Shown: piece by piece, positions 50,801 through 64,000 of the stretch
Layout: the number at the start of each line of letters is the position of its first letter
How positions within the stretch are numbered: position 1 is the first letter of the stretch
Assembly (NCBI GenBank): GCA_964016885.1
Contig: OZ024745.1
Coordinates: forward strand, 95,356,001-95,420,000
Length of the DNA stretch: 64,000 nucleotides
Reading direction: 5' to 3'
Source of the DNA: Eledone cirrhosa
Lineage: Eukaryota
The notes under the pieces: model-generated
Told to the model about the DNA's origin: nothing
Database searches by the model: none
Seen by the model: the letters and a program-made list of their open reading frames with translations, nothing else
Made by a program: the position numbers and the translations under genes

Positions 50801-51690
50801 TTCCTTGTTAATGCTATTGAGTGTAGACTCTGTAGTTTTCTTGTATTTTTTTGTGTAATTCCCGGCGTATAAAGTTATTGTATGTATTAAGACTCATGGT
50901 GTATACGTTTGATGTTTTGTCTGCTTTTACTATAATACCGTTGGTGTTACGCAATTTTTTTAGTAGTGCATTCGTGTTATTTTGCAGTTTGTTGTAATGC
51001 GTCGGTTTTTTTAATTTGGTTCCTTTTATCATATTCATGAGGTCAAGTTCAAAGGCGTCAATTTGGTGGTTGTTCGGTGGATTTTTGCAGGATTTGAACC
51101 CATATTTTTCACTGGTAAATTCATCATTCTTATCATTACTATTACTACCACTATTATTAGTAGTATGTCCTTTATCGTAATGATATGCTTTCCATCGGAT
51201 TCGACGGATGAATTCATTAGTTCTTTGTATCATACCGAGTATGTATTCTACGGCGGAGGAGTTCAAAAAACGTTGGTACGTCCACAGACATTCTATAAAA
51301 AACCGTAAACTAATGAATACAACAACGTTCGCCAATAAAATCTGGCAACTCAAAGATACAAATCAAGAATACAGGATTAACTGGTCTAAATTGTCAGGGG
51401 CAATGGCTTACAAGATTGGTATGTCCCACTGTAGACTTTGTAATATGGAATTATTCATATTTTAAAATATGACAAAATGCTGCTTAACAGCAAAATTGAA
51501 CGGTCAATTTTCTGTCGACATATAACAGCAAATAAATTTGATAATTTCAAACCAATTTGATTTGACCCAACAATTCCATAATTCAAATTATACCACCTGA
51601 GTCTATTATAATAACCCATTATCATAATTCAAATTATACCACCTGAGTCTATTATAATAACCCATTATCATCATTGTTGTTGTTATTTTT
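47815..51690 (-). mobile_element. Penelope-like element (RT + GIY-YIG, frameshifted) with inverted 3'-end copy at its 5' side
   Basis: FIRRIRWKA, IIVKADKT, MGSNDSAQITDMVG, INRDD, NFLDVSL and YLCTI...HYIGST...KKRWYVH. 51245-51690 is an inverted copy of ~48745-49195. Confidence 0.9.
48033..48147 (-). ncRNA. Candidate hammerhead ribozyme with long stem-II loop
   Basis: Minus strand reads acagttctt-CTGATGA-t-TTGGTTAAG-(~60 nt)-CTTAACCAA-t-GAAAC-AATT-GTT-aatactgt. Stem III lies in the palindrome AACAATTGTT. Confidence 0.65.
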
Positions 51691-52467
51691 ATTAGCTCGA
51701 CGCTGCTTTTCCTTAACCACACCGGTCGACAATCTGCTGAGGCAACTTTTTTTTTCCATGAGGCATCGAAACGAAATGTGTAAAGTAGTCACGATATAAC
51801 ACAATCGAATATAAAAATAAAGATTAATTGTAAAATGTATTTGAAGTACATGTAGCGGTAGAACGTTCGAAATGTAAAGGGTATGTAAGTTAATAACTAA
51901 ATTATGTGTCAGAAACGTAGTCTAATCAATGCGAAAAAATAGAATAATTTTATTTTAAGTCTTAGATGTATAAACCATCCTTTAGATTAATTTAAGCATA
52001 ATATTGTAAAAGTTATGACATCACTTAATGATGAACATCAAGCTTGAAACGATAAATTATACAATGTCAAATCTATAACTTAACTTAGTAATCTGTTAGA
52101 AATTGCTGGTTGTGAAATATACAAAATGATATTGTTAGTCTCTTTGTTTCAAGTACAAAGAGTAAATTAAAATCCGAATAAACTGAATTACAAAAGATAA
52201 CTCTTGTCTTACTTAATCACGAAAATTCACACAAATAACCGAAACATTTTTAATGTCTCCAATGGCCCTCAATATCGATTTTTGAAAGCCTTTGTAGGTC
52301 ATGTACAGGTTTTGTGCAGGGAGAAGCTCTTTAAAAAATGTCAAAGAAATCGCATGAATTGTTTAGAATATATGAGCCCTCATTAGAAATTGTCAACACA
52401 CACATACACACGCATACAGAAAACTAGATGTTTATATATATACAGATATATACACGCCCACACACAC

Positions 52468-52574
<107 letters not shown>

Positions 52575-52639
52575 TTTTTTTTTTTTGTTTTAACATATAT
52601 TTATTTCTAAGATTTCACCGTAGAGATAACATATATTTA

Positions 52640-55600
52640 TACATACATGACAGAAAGTGAACATGGGATGCAGAAAACATTTCTCATCTAAATCCCAACG
52701 CATGGCAGCAGACGCACAATGACAAAGAGAGATGAGGGCAAATCAATCAAGCAATAATCGCCCTACATCATCCCAACAACTTTCTACAAATGTAATCAGT
52801 TAACACACCAACAACAACTTGCAACAAATACACCAAACGTTCAGAGAGGAAGGAACAGGTCTGGAAAAGAATCCTACAGATGAACCTTTCCAAGAGCAAA
52901 CTGTTCTTTCCATAATGCCACAACATAATGCAGGGAGTCACTTTGCCTCTGTTTGTCCGCACTGCAAAGCTTATCGCTGGCCACACAAGTTTGCACAGCT
53001 TTACTTCTATGATACAGATCATGAGCTTCATCATGCTAATTTAGATGCTGCTGTCCTGCAGGACCTGCAAGAAGACTTGCACTACTGCAACACCTATATA
53101 AGAAGCTTCAAGGCAGTCATTGAAATGCCAGTCTTTGAAAATGTGAATATTTTCCTATATGCTGACAAAGTAAAACACAATGATTTTCATTGTCGCACAT
53201 ATAATCTTTCCATAGCATCTGAGATTGCTGTTATTCAACCTGACACAGCATTAGGTCTTTTGGATGTCATTCATAAAGAGATGGTGGTCTTCAGAGGATT
53301 CATCAGTTGCACCGTTCTTATGATCCTCTGCATTATATGCTACTGTTTCCTTGGGGGAATGATGGGTTTCAGGTTGGTTTGAAAAGGATTGACAACAACC
53401 ATACACTCACACCCACTGATTTCTACTGTTATCAGTGTCATGTTAGGCAAGATGACTGTAACATTATCATGAAGAGCAGGCGGCTGATGCAGCAATATGC
53501 TGTAGATGCCCAGGCAAAAATAGAACATTGTCGCCTCAAATGGGCCTCCAACAATCAAACCATGATACGAACTGAAAAGTATAAGGGTTTGTATGATGCT
53601 GTGGCTGAAGGAGATTCAGTAAATGCAGGCCGGAGAATTGTTCTTCCTCCTTCAATCTATGGTTCCCCTCGCTTCTACAGTGAGTGCTTTCAGAATTCGA
53701 TGACTGTGATTCGACACATGGGAAAGCCATCTTATTTCATCACGGTAACAACTAACCCCAACTGGGATGTAATAAAAAATAGTTTACACCCTGGTGAAGA
53801 ACCTAGAGACCGTCCTGATATTTGTGCAATAGTCTTCAAGATCAAGTATGACAGCCTCATGGATGACATACTGAAACGAAATGTCCTAGGAAAAGTTGTG
53901 GCTCATTCTGCTACAATAGAGTGGCAGAAACGAGGCCTCACTCATGCTCATATTCTGCTGATAAGCCCAAAACTGCTGATGCCATTGATCAGGTAGTGTA
54001 CTGTGAGATTCATGGCCCATGTGGACAAGCTAATATGATGTGCTCATGTATGGAAAGGTTAGGACAACAACGCCATTGTTCAAAAGGTTATCCCAAGGCA
54101 TTAAGACAAACCACATTTGTTGCAGAAAATTCCTTTCCGGAGTATAGAAGAAGGGATAGAGAGCATGGTGATCACACCCATACAATTCAACTTAAAGGTC
54201 AAGAATTTACTGTTGATAATCGTTGGATTGTTCCATACAACCCGTTCCTCTCACTGAGATATCAGTGCCACATCAATTGTGAGGTTGTCCACAGTGTCAA
54301 GGCTGTTACGTACTTATATATGTACATCACAAAAGTATCAGACAAGATCACTTTCACTATTAAGGATGATCAAGGAAATTGTGTCCATGCCCAAAATGAG
54401 ATTGAGACACATATCAATGCACGGTACATCTCAGCCAGTGAAGCATTCTGGAGAATCTAAAAATGTCCATTACATCATCGAAAACCGCCAGTTGCCATTT
54501 ATGAGCGAGGGCAGAAAGAAAGTATTTAGAATAAGGACGGGTTGGAAGAAGTTTAGGGAGCTGCTTCCTCTGTTGACAAAGAATGGTTTCTCCCTGCGTA
54601 CGAAAGGACGGTTATATGATGCCTGTGTGAGATACCCGATGCTCCATGGTAGTGAGACATGGGCAGCAACTGCAGAAGATATGCGACGGCTGGAGAGAAA
54701 TGAAGCAAGTATGCTCCGTTGAATGTGCAATGTCAATGTGCGTGAACGACCAAGCATAGACGAGTTGAGAAAGAAACTGGGTATAAGAAGGATAGGTTGC
54801 GGTGTGCAGGAGAGAAGGCTGAAATGGTATGGACATGTGATGCGCATGGAGGATGATCGATGGGTAAAGAAGTGCCAAGAAATGCCAGTTGAAGGAAGAC
54901 GCAGTAGAGGTAGACCACAAAAAACATGGGCGGAGGTGGTAAGAGCAGACCTCAGATTGCTGAAACTCACGGAGGAGATGACGAGGGTCCGTGACAAGTG
55001 GAGAGATGTTGTGCAGAATAGGACCGGTCCAACCCTTGCAAGCAGGGAAAAGCAGACATAAAATGATGATGATGATGATGATTAGAGACTCACTGGCACA
55101 AAACATATTGTATAATGATATTCCTAAATATTTCACTTGGACAAACAAAAAGTGACAAAAAAGAAAAAAGGGACATCTGGATGGTGATCAGCAATTTGTA
55201 AGTGAATCTCTTAGACGCATTCCAACAGTATCTCTCAGTAGACATCAATCTGAATTATATTATCTTAGGATGATCCTACATTACAAGGCTGGGTCAACTT
55301 CATACAAAGATTTGAGGACAATTGAAGGAGTTGGATTTCCAACATTCCAAGAAGCATGAAGGAAACTTGGTCTGTTGGATGAAGATGGAGAAAAGGACAA
55401 AGCTATGGAAGAGGCCTCATCCATTACGGTTGGTCCTCATCTGCGAGAGATCTTCTGCACCATTTTATTGTATAGTTCTGGGAGAAATGGAAGAATTGTC
55501 TTGCAGAGGATATCATGCATGAACGTCATGAGCAAGTCATGCCCATGCAAACCGTGCAGATTGTTCTGCAGAAGATCCAACAAAGACTTCAACATGATGG

Positions 55601-56990
55601 CTTGGACATTCATGCCAACTATGGACTTCCTCGGCCAGACCCAACTATTGTTGCCATACCAGAAATCAACAGGGTTCTTATGGCAGAAACTGATTTCAAT
55701 ACACACCAACTGTAAGCAGACATAAATGAACTTCTGCCAACATTGAATCCTGAGCAACTGGTTATTTTTCACAAAGTAATCACTTCTGTAAATGAAAATG
55801 AAGGCAGAATTTTCTGCTTGAATACAAGTGCAGGCATAGGAAAGACCTATGTCATAAACATCCTATTGGATTACCTCCGATCTAAAAACAAAATTGCACT
55901 TGTCACTGCCATATCTGGAATAGCAGCAACTTAGCTTCACAAAGGTAGAACTCTTCATTCCAAGTGCAAGATTCCTCTCAATGTGACTGCTGAATCAACT
56001 TGCTTCTTCACAAAGAGGGGTTACACAGGTAAAGGTATGCAGCAAGCTGACCTGCTAATCATTGATGAGATAGGTATGAGACATAAGCATATCTTTGAAT
56101 GCCTTGACAGGAGCTTCAAAAATGTTCGAGATTGCAAAAAGCCATTTGGTGGTCTAACAGTATTACTATCTGGTGACTGGAAGCAAATTCTTCCAGTTGT
56201 ACGTCATGGTGCTAGACCACAAATAGTTGAGGCAACCATCAAGAGATCCTATCTCTGGGACTATGTGGAAACCATGGAGATGACAACCAATCAGCGGTTA
56301 ATTAATGTAGAGGATTCTGATGAAAGACAGTTTGCAAACTACCTTCTTGATGTTGGAAATGTAACATTCCAACTGTTCCAACTGTAGGTGCATTCACAAT
56401 TCTTCTGCCAAATGAACTTTGTCTGGAATATGGTAATGTGTCTGGACTGTGTGATTTTGTGTATACAAATCTTCCAGGAAACTACACAAACCCACTATGG
56501 CTAGCAAATAGAGCCATTATCACTCCAACAAAGGATGCAGTAAAATTGGTAATTGGGTTCATGGTCAACAAGTTCCCTGGTCATGAAATAATCTACAGAA
56601 GCTCTGATACAGTATATAATGAACTACAATATCCAATTGAGTTCATCAACAAATTTACCCCATCAGGCTTCCCAACACACATACTTAAACAGAAGAAAGG
56701 CAGTTGCATCATGTTTCTGAGAAATCTGGATCCTCTAAACAGGCATTGCAATGGTACACGCTACATCATCATCAGTTTACATAATCATGTAATTGAAGCT
56801 GAAGTGGCATTGGGTCCCAATGCTGGAACAAGGTTGCTAATCCCAAGGATACCACATGTATCTCAAGAGCTTGAGTTCCCTTTCACCTTTACTCGCAAGC
56901 AATTTTGTGTCAAGCCAGCCTTTGCCCTTTTAGTTGAAATGCATTTCAGTTTCTTTTTAACTGCTAGAAAAGGGACTCTACAAAAACTTT
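52640..56990 (+). mobile_element. Decayed autonomous-type Helitron (Rep HUH + Pif1 helicase)
   Basis: YDPLHYMLLFPWG, FITVTTNPNW, IEWQKRGLTHAHIL, DNRWIVPYNP, YLYMYITK, AGIGKT, LIIDEIG, FGG...GDWKQILPV and LRNL...CNGTR. Many frameshifts and stops. Confidence 0.92.
54500..55083 (+). mobile_element. 5'-truncated RTE LINE nested in the Helitron
   Basis: RIRTGWKKFREL...KGRLYDACVR..MLHGSETW...RRLKWYGHVMRM...RGRPQKTW followed by a (GAT)n tail. Confidence 0.9.
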
Positions 56991-57447
56991 AGAAGTCTAT
57001 ATGTGAATACAGTAAAACAACAATATATCGAAGGTCAACTCTTCATATTGGTAAATGTAATTCATTCATTCATACCAGCAGCATCTATTTTCAAATTCAC
57101 TGCTTGAAGCTTCCTATCGACATTCTCAAGTGAAGATTCATGAACATTTTCCGTCAACAGTTTCGTCGCTTTTCTATCTCCATTATCGCCTTTTTTTGTA
57201 TCATGGATTACTTTACTGATTACAGAAGTAAGTGTATATTTGCATATATCAATATGCACACTATACATACTAGCAATATATACTAGTAATAATAATAATT
57301 ATTATTATTATGTGTTTAGTTAATTCTCATTGAAATATTTATATGAATTTCGGCGCAATCTAGAGACTACCTTGACCTCTGATTGCTACTTAAGCCAACC
57401 CGCTTTGTAATATTCTTTTATCCGGCCCCAGCAGGGCGAAACACGGC

Positions 57448-57620
57448 CTACTTTGAATATTAAGTTTATATCTGATAGGAATAACAGTGATCCTACTTCG
57501 AGCATTACGTTTATATCTGATAGGAATAACATTGATCTTACTTTGAACATTAAGTTTATATCTAATATGAATAACACTGACCCTACTTTGAGCATTAAGT
57601 TTATATCTGATAACATTGAC
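57448..57620. repeat. 45-bp minisatellite, ~4 copies
   Basis: Unit approximately ctactttgaacattaagtttatatctgataggaataacattgatc. Confidence 0.85.
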
Positions 57621-58438
57621 CCTTTTTCTGGGTATACTGTATTTGAAGATCATCAACAATGGATTGCGACTTAATGAAAACAAAACGTGTTTTAATTTTA
57701 AGACGTATGTAAGGAATCGTGATTTTATAACAGAATCGAAAAATTAAAACATTAGTAATCGATATTGTTTATCCTTACTTCACGGTTAAATATGCTCTCT
57801 TCATTTTTTCTTTACTTCCAATTCTGTAAACGTAGTTTGCTTTTTTCTTCTTTTTTTTTTTTCTTTTTTTGTAATGTTTAGAACCAAACAACATTTTATG
57901 ACTCAATAAATTTTCCTTCCCTTGTGACGAAATGTCATCATTGACGTCGTTACAATTCAACAATTATTCAGTTGAACAAGCCGATAAAATATTTCATTTT
58001 CTATGACTTCCGACTACAGCTTCGTGTATCCTTTTCGTAAAAGTTTGCGCCCGCTCGGAATAAACGTTTAATCAGATAACTAACAGTGGAATGGTCAACG
58101 GAATTTATCTGTTTTAAATATATACATAAATAACGTTACAAATTGCTCACAATTCTTTTAGAATGAAAATATAACCACAAATATAAACACTAATTCATAA
58201 CTATACAGAAATAGCAACTTATACTTATGAAGTTCATAAAAACGGAGTTGAGCATCTTTCTAGTTATATTAGATTTTAAGCTGCTATTATTACTGATATC
58301 ATCACTATCTTCTTTTCATTTTCCCTCCGTCTTTTCCTCTTAACCTTCATTATCAGAATTATCATCACCATTATAAATCTGTACCACTATCATCATTAGC
58401 TTCATCTTAATTACAATCTATTCTTTAAGTGTCGTATT

Positions 58439-58957
58439 ATGAGTGTTTTAATAAACCCTGTTAGCGGCCAAAGGGTTAGTCTCAGTTATAATAAAAAGGC
58501 CATTATAGAAGGAACGTTTCGAATTGCAACAAAAAACGTTGACCAGGTTGATGACATAGATGGACCTTATTACTGCGATCTCAGGAAAAATGTCCTACAA
58601 GTGAGACAAATTCAATTCGGTTCATCTAAATTAGATGAATTCATAAGTTTACTACAAGCAGAAGTAATTAATGTGACCTGTGATAATAACAATTGTATTT
58701 CAAAAAATTACACTGAAAATATCGTGTGGGAGATGAATTCTATAAAAGCCTATTTACGAATCCTGAACAGTATTTACAACAGCTTGATAGAAATGAATTA
58801 TCCAATCGAAAAACTATATAAAATAATTTTTAATATCAATGGAAAATGGAACATGCTCGAGGCGTGTCTACACAGGCATTTCAATTTAGAAAAGGGGGAA
58901 CGTTTCAAAGAGATTTTTTCATGCGTGTCCACTAAATCTCTGTTTTCAACCCACTGA
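58439..58957 (+). CDS. Orphan 172-aa ORF, function unknown
   Basis: ATG-to-TGA, non-repetitive composition, unusually long for AT-rich DNA. No family recognised. Confidence 0.35.
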   Translation: MSVLINPVSGQRVSLSYNKKAIIEGTFRIATKNVDQVDDIDGPYYCDLRKNVLQVRQIQFGSSKLDEFISLLQAEVINVTCDNNNCISKNYTENIVWEMNSIKAYLRILNSIYNSLIEMNYPIEKLYKIIFNINGKWNMLEACLHRHFNLEKGERFKEIFSCVSTKSLFSTH

Positions 58958-61564
58958 GGAATAACTCTATTTATAGCATTAATAATTGCGCAAGTCTATA
59001 CTGAGAATGTGCTACGAATAAACCTTGTCACTGTTTTTTTTTAATCGGCATTCGTTTTTTGGGGGGAGATTTTTTTCCTTTTTTCAATATTTGTAACATA
59101 ACATACTGTCTCCTAAATCACTGATATCTTCGTATTTTAGAAACCAATGACCAACTTTAACAAAGTATAATGCAGAACAATATATGTTTTATTATTTGCA
59201 GTACACCACTGCAGCATGACTTATTTTCCAACTAAACACGGTAGGAATATTGAATTTCAATAGCTATTTCAAATTTTTGCCTGTGTTCTATACAACATAT
59301 AATGTTGAAATCCCCATGAAAATTATACTTTAAATTCATCTCGCTACCAATTTCTAACTATGGAAACTAAAATTCTATATTACATGAATATATTGGAATC
59401 TTTTGGGAACGTCTTCTCCTCATCTTCGTATTCCTTGTGCCACAACGTCCATCAAGACTCTTCGATGACTTCCCTGACAATCTCAACATTATGATTTGTG
59501 ATTGGAAGTTCTCAGGAAGTGGTAATATCGTCAACATTACATTGTGACTAGATAATAAAAACTATCATATTCTGACTTTTAGAGATGTGTGAGAAATCGT
59601 GCTTCTCTAACAAAATTGACTGATGATGTAAAAGAATGATTGTCAATCTATTTCTATTTTTTTTTACATCATCAATCGATTTTATTGATTAGACAGAGAT
59701 AGGAGACTAATTAAATATTATTGGCATCATGCTTTCTTCACAACTCTGAGGTACGTTATTGATGTGTTGTAAGAAGAGCTATTCTCAGAAATCAGACTTA
59801 GGTTTTGCCTATGAAAATATTCATGTTGAATAATACCGATGTAGCACATAATACATTTATCGTGGGGAATTTTATATGAAGCACGTGAAAACTCAATTCG
59901 AATCAAGCAACGAGTAGAAGAATAACTTTTTATACCGGTAGTTAAATTGAACATATATGCATGCGGCCAAAATTTTAATCGTTTCTTGAAATAATAATCG
60001 AAATTATAAAATGTCGAAAAATTCGAAATTCTGGAATAAATACTGTTAAACTAATTTAGTCTTTTACCAATGAAATGTCTTTTATGAGACGCTGCCAAAC
60101 ATGATCGGCCCGATGAAGAGATGTTCTAAAATGTTGAAATTGTTTAACCGTCTTTTGTACCTTATTCAAATCTTATTCATAACGGTAGAATAAATGAATC
60201 GTATATTTTAATTCAGTGTTGGCTCTTTCTAATTTGATGTTTTAGTGGCGTATCAAGCTAATCTTATTTATTCCATTTAGCATCTGGCTCGTGGCTATTA
60301 TTCATTTTCTTCATTTCTGTCTTTTAAATCTTTTAGTGGGACACTCTTTTATCTCTATTTCTCCTTTTTATCTCTACTATCTCATTTTCTATTCTTTTAT
60401 CTTTCTCTTTTGCCTCTCCTTTGTCTCTTAGATATAATCTTTCAACAAGATTAGGATTTGCGTGCGCATTAATCATGCTGTGGGGTTCTAAGAGGTGCAT
60501 CAAACAGACGTGGGTGGAAATTAACTGTGATGATAGACTAAGAGTATACATAAGACAATCAAACAAATACAGAAAGTGGCAGCTAAAGAATTTACATAGC
60601 AGTCAATACAAGCGTACATAATATTAAGTCATATCATTAATGGTACTAGTATCAATTCACCAAACTACACCTACGTAATTCAGATAAATTATGGTGAAGA
60701 TCTACAAAATATAGCCACCTAGTACTCTCGCCTGTAGCCAACTACACCAACCCGCGAAATTCAACAAAATATCAAGCCACTCGTTACTTTCACTTAGGCA
60801 TTCACCGATCATGTCCCCTAGTTCACTTGGCAACATATTTGATTTATAGGCACTCGGCAAACATACAACCATATTGCTTTTAGTATGCATATTCGATTGT
60901 GGGGAGATTCATTTGACTTCACCTTTTCTTTTACGCTCAATAGTCGTGTGTTGCTGTTTTGCAGTATATTTCGGGCAAATACAGCCAGACAAAACCTATC
61001 CTTCTCCGGGTTTGAGTACGAGCGGTATCCTCCTATTAGGTGGTTTACTCTCATCATGGAAAAGTGGCCATTGAGTCTCTTTTAGGAAACACGCCTGCCC
61101 TGGCTGTTGATTCCAAGGAGAGAAAAATTAATCCACCCACTTTTTCGTATCAATATCACCTAGTTACGTCATTTAGCCTGTCATCTGAAGCAGTCTATGT
61201 GTGCATTAGGAGTCAAACGTGGCATTAGGAGAACTTTAGAGTATGAATGAAGACTCGTAAACTTGTTCACTCCCTGTATAGACAACAGATATTAAAGGTA
61301 CTACTTCTATCCAGTGCCCCTACATCGCGATATTGAAATAACGGTTTCTTTTTTTATACTTTTCTATATTTTCAAAGCAACAATAAATATTGTTATGTCC
61401 AGTGTTAAAATAACGTTTCTTTGAATCGTTTCACTCTTTTTGAAATATATCTTTAAATACTGCATAACGTGAGATGGAAGGCAGGAGGCAGAATTATATC
61501 TAACAATTGCTGGAGCTTCAGCTTCATCAGCCGGAGGGAAGTAAGTGTAAAAACCAAATCTTCT

Positions 61565-61775
61565 TTAACAGAATGGGTAGAGCGTCGAACACTCTGCTTT
61601 GCGGCAGGGAATTACGACCCTTTACGTTCTGAGTTCAAATCCCGTCGAGGTTAGCTATGCCTTTCATACTTACATGGTCGATAAAATAAAGCACTAGTAA
61701 TTTACTGGGGGGCGATTTAATCGACTTTCCCCTCTCCCCAAATTACTGCCCTCGTAGCTTAAGTAGAAACCATTA
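61565..61775 (+). mobile_element. Diverged SINE (related subfamily)
   Basis: gagttcaaatcccgtcgaggtta...gcctttcatac...gtcgataaaataaag with a longer tail. Confidence 0.75.
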
Positions 61776-61957
61776 TCACCATCAACATCATTGGCGTTGT
61801 ATTGGCTGTATCCGTGGAGCGCCGTTCTGCAGACAGAATGGCGAAGGCATTGCCAAAGAGAATGGCAAGTGACACCTGGTGCAACAACCACCCCACCTCA
61901 TGGGGCTCCTTCAACTCGTTTGCATATACGGCTTAGTCTGCACAAATATCTTGCCTA

Positions 61958-62037
<80 letters not shown>

Positions 62038-62091
62038 AGTATTTTAGTTCCTCTTTGTATAAAATAGTCCACTTGACATGCAATGGTCACA

Positions 62092-62480
62092 TACTCTCGG
62101 GTCTCAAATAACCGCCCCACACCCTGCTTATTAACTTTTCAGATTTTTCAACCCCAACGCTTCGCTTATTAAAGTTTATTAATTTATCTCCGGCGAAATT
62201 TGTCTTTATACATTTAAAAACATTATACATGACAAAAAAATACATCACTAGAAATCCCATACGTTATAAAATCAATAGGATCTGTTAGGGTCTCAATATG
62301 TAAACTAAACGACTAATTGTTTTGTTGTTTTATTAAATCAACGGAGACAGCCTAAAGAAATTACCAATTTTCCACCCCACCCCGCTTATTGCAACCACTC
62401 CCACCCCCTCCTTATTTAACGCCCCGCCATTATTTGGTACCCGAGAATATACCTTTTCCGTATATTTTACGTTTCGAATG
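62092..62480 (+). mobile_element. MITE-like DNA element
   Basis: TA-ctctcgggtctcaaataa ... ttatttggtacccgagaa-TA imperfect TIRs. Homologous to 11668-12021 and 63831-63906. Confidence 0.75.
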
Positions 62481-62869
62481 TTGGTTGAAACAAAAAAAAA
62501 ATTTGCTCAAGTAATTCGTTTCTTCAAGAAATAAAACTCCGCTTCTTTCATTTTATGACATCAGTTCTGTTAGTTCTAAGGGCGATCAGAAACAGACCAG
62601 GACTGCTAAACGACTTGCGGCCAATCTGCACCCTCTATTTGTAACTGCTTTGATTTAACGCCCAAGGTTTCACAAAGAAGCAACAAGATAGAGGAGAGAG
62701 ATGAAGGTCCTTCGATCATGACTAGCTATTACATTGCACCTGGAAAGTTCCTCTCCAAGGACAAGATGTGTTGTGGAAGACTAGCAGTTACACACGCATT
62801 CTAGTCTCCACTCTCCTCACCAAGGAAAAGGGCCAGGTCTGATACAGTGTCGTCACAACTTTCTTTTCG

Positions 62870-62990
62870 GCTGAATGATTATGAAATAAAGTGTTTTGCT
62901 CAAATATACAACGTGCCGTTCAGCCCAAGAATCGAACTCATGACCTTACGATTATGAGCCCAACACCTTAAGCACTAGTCACACACAACT
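62870..62990 (-). mobile_element. tRNA-head SINE of a different family (5' part)
   Basis: Minus strand gactagtgcttaaggtgttgggctcataatcgtaaggtcatgagttcgattc (A/B boxes), then tttgagcaaaacacttta. Confidence 0.6.
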
Positions 62991-63475
62991 AGAAATGTCT
63001 CATAAAGACAGCATCTGCTTTCCGTCCAACGTGGGATTGCACATTTAATTGTACGGTATCGTTGTAATTTGAGCTGGCATCAAACTAACCTTCTAGCTAA
63101 CAATATATCTATTTTACAAGAGGTGAAAGTGAAGATTGTCCAGTCAGGTCAGATATTTCTCGGGCGTTATACACGGCGGTCTGGCAATATTATGTCAGCA
63201 AAACGATAAAATATGACTGCGAAATAGCAAAGATAACAGCCAAATTTCCCTCAAATCATATTATACTCTCTTAAGAAAGTGGAAGAATACATTGGATAAT
63301 ATAGTTCTATAAAGAAAAGACAAGATGAATTCAGCTGGAACATTTTTTCATCATAGATTTGTTCGATAAGATCTGGCCGAGAAAGAGTATAAACATAAAT
63401 TACGTTTTTTAGACTCTTGTGTTTACAATAAATCCTTTTCAAGGGAAATAAACGCTTTATTCAGGGGAAATAACT

Positions 63476-63603
63476 GTTTCTACTTTTGGCACAAGGCCAG
63501 CAATTACCCAGTGCATTACTGGTACTTTATTTTATCGACCCCGTAAGGATGAAAGGCAAAGTCAACCTCGGCGGGATTTAAACTCAGATCGTAAAGGGAC
63601 GTA
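63476..63603 (-). mobile_element. 5'-truncated SINE with 17-bp TSD
   Basis: SINE core flanked by attcaggggaaataact at 63459-63475 and 63604-63620. Confidence 0.9.
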
Positions 63604-64000
63604 ATTCAGGGGAAATAACTCAATGTAAATATGAATATAAAGTACAATCGCGGAAAACCTATACGATCGTTCGGTGTGCTAGAAATGACAGCCAAATTCC
63701 CATTAAATCGTATCCCAAAGAGTTATCATTAGATAATGTCATCGTAGTTACACTACACCTGAAAACAAAGAACATGATAATTGACGCTTTAACTATTGTG
63801 ATCATGTCCTTCTCAATGAGAGTTCACCAATACGGAAAAGGTATATTCTCGGGTACCAAATAATGGCGGGGCGTTAAATAAGGAGGGTGTGGGAGTGGTT
63901 GCAATATTGTTTAATTATAAATTGTTTACTCTGCAGATAAGTCAAAGTGAATTTTAACTGTTTGATATTTGGTTTGGTACTTTGTGAGACCCCTTATAGT

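Noticed and set aside
57700-59560. Faint mariner-like (58000-58110) and pogo/Tigger-like (59420-59545) peptide resemblances
   Set aside because: Too degenerate to support without a profile search.
60702-61250. Possible host exons on minus strand (ORFs 60702-60890, 60818-61057)
   Set aside because: They are short and frame-broken, with no recognisable domain or convincing splice structure.

Overview
This is a eukaryotic, transposon-dense intergenic window with no recognisable host gene and no prokaryotic features. The mix of (AT)n/(GT)n/(GA)n/(ATT)n microsatellites and tRNA-head SINEs with a Nin/Deu-like core suggests a cephalopod (octopus-like) genome; this is an inference. It contains four Penelope-like elements (PLEs) with inverted pLTR structures and several candidate hammerhead ribozymes. 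A ~23.6 kb train (18.3-41.95 kb) of non-LTR retrotransposons is joined by (ATT)n tracts: R4/Dong-like elements on the minus strand (one near-intact 1095-aa ORF) and two full-length degenerate Tx1/L1-like elements on the plus strand. Also present are a decayed RepHel Helitron interrupted by an RTE, non-autonomous Helitrons, RTE and CRE fragments, a deleted mariner, MITEs, a 36-bp minisatellite and one orphan 172-aa ORF. The most interesting observations are a Tx1-like 5' leader with a candidate intron on both Dong-like copies, the (ATT)n-linked train itself, and the set of PLE hammerheads. All family calls rest on motif recognition by eye; no searches were run.
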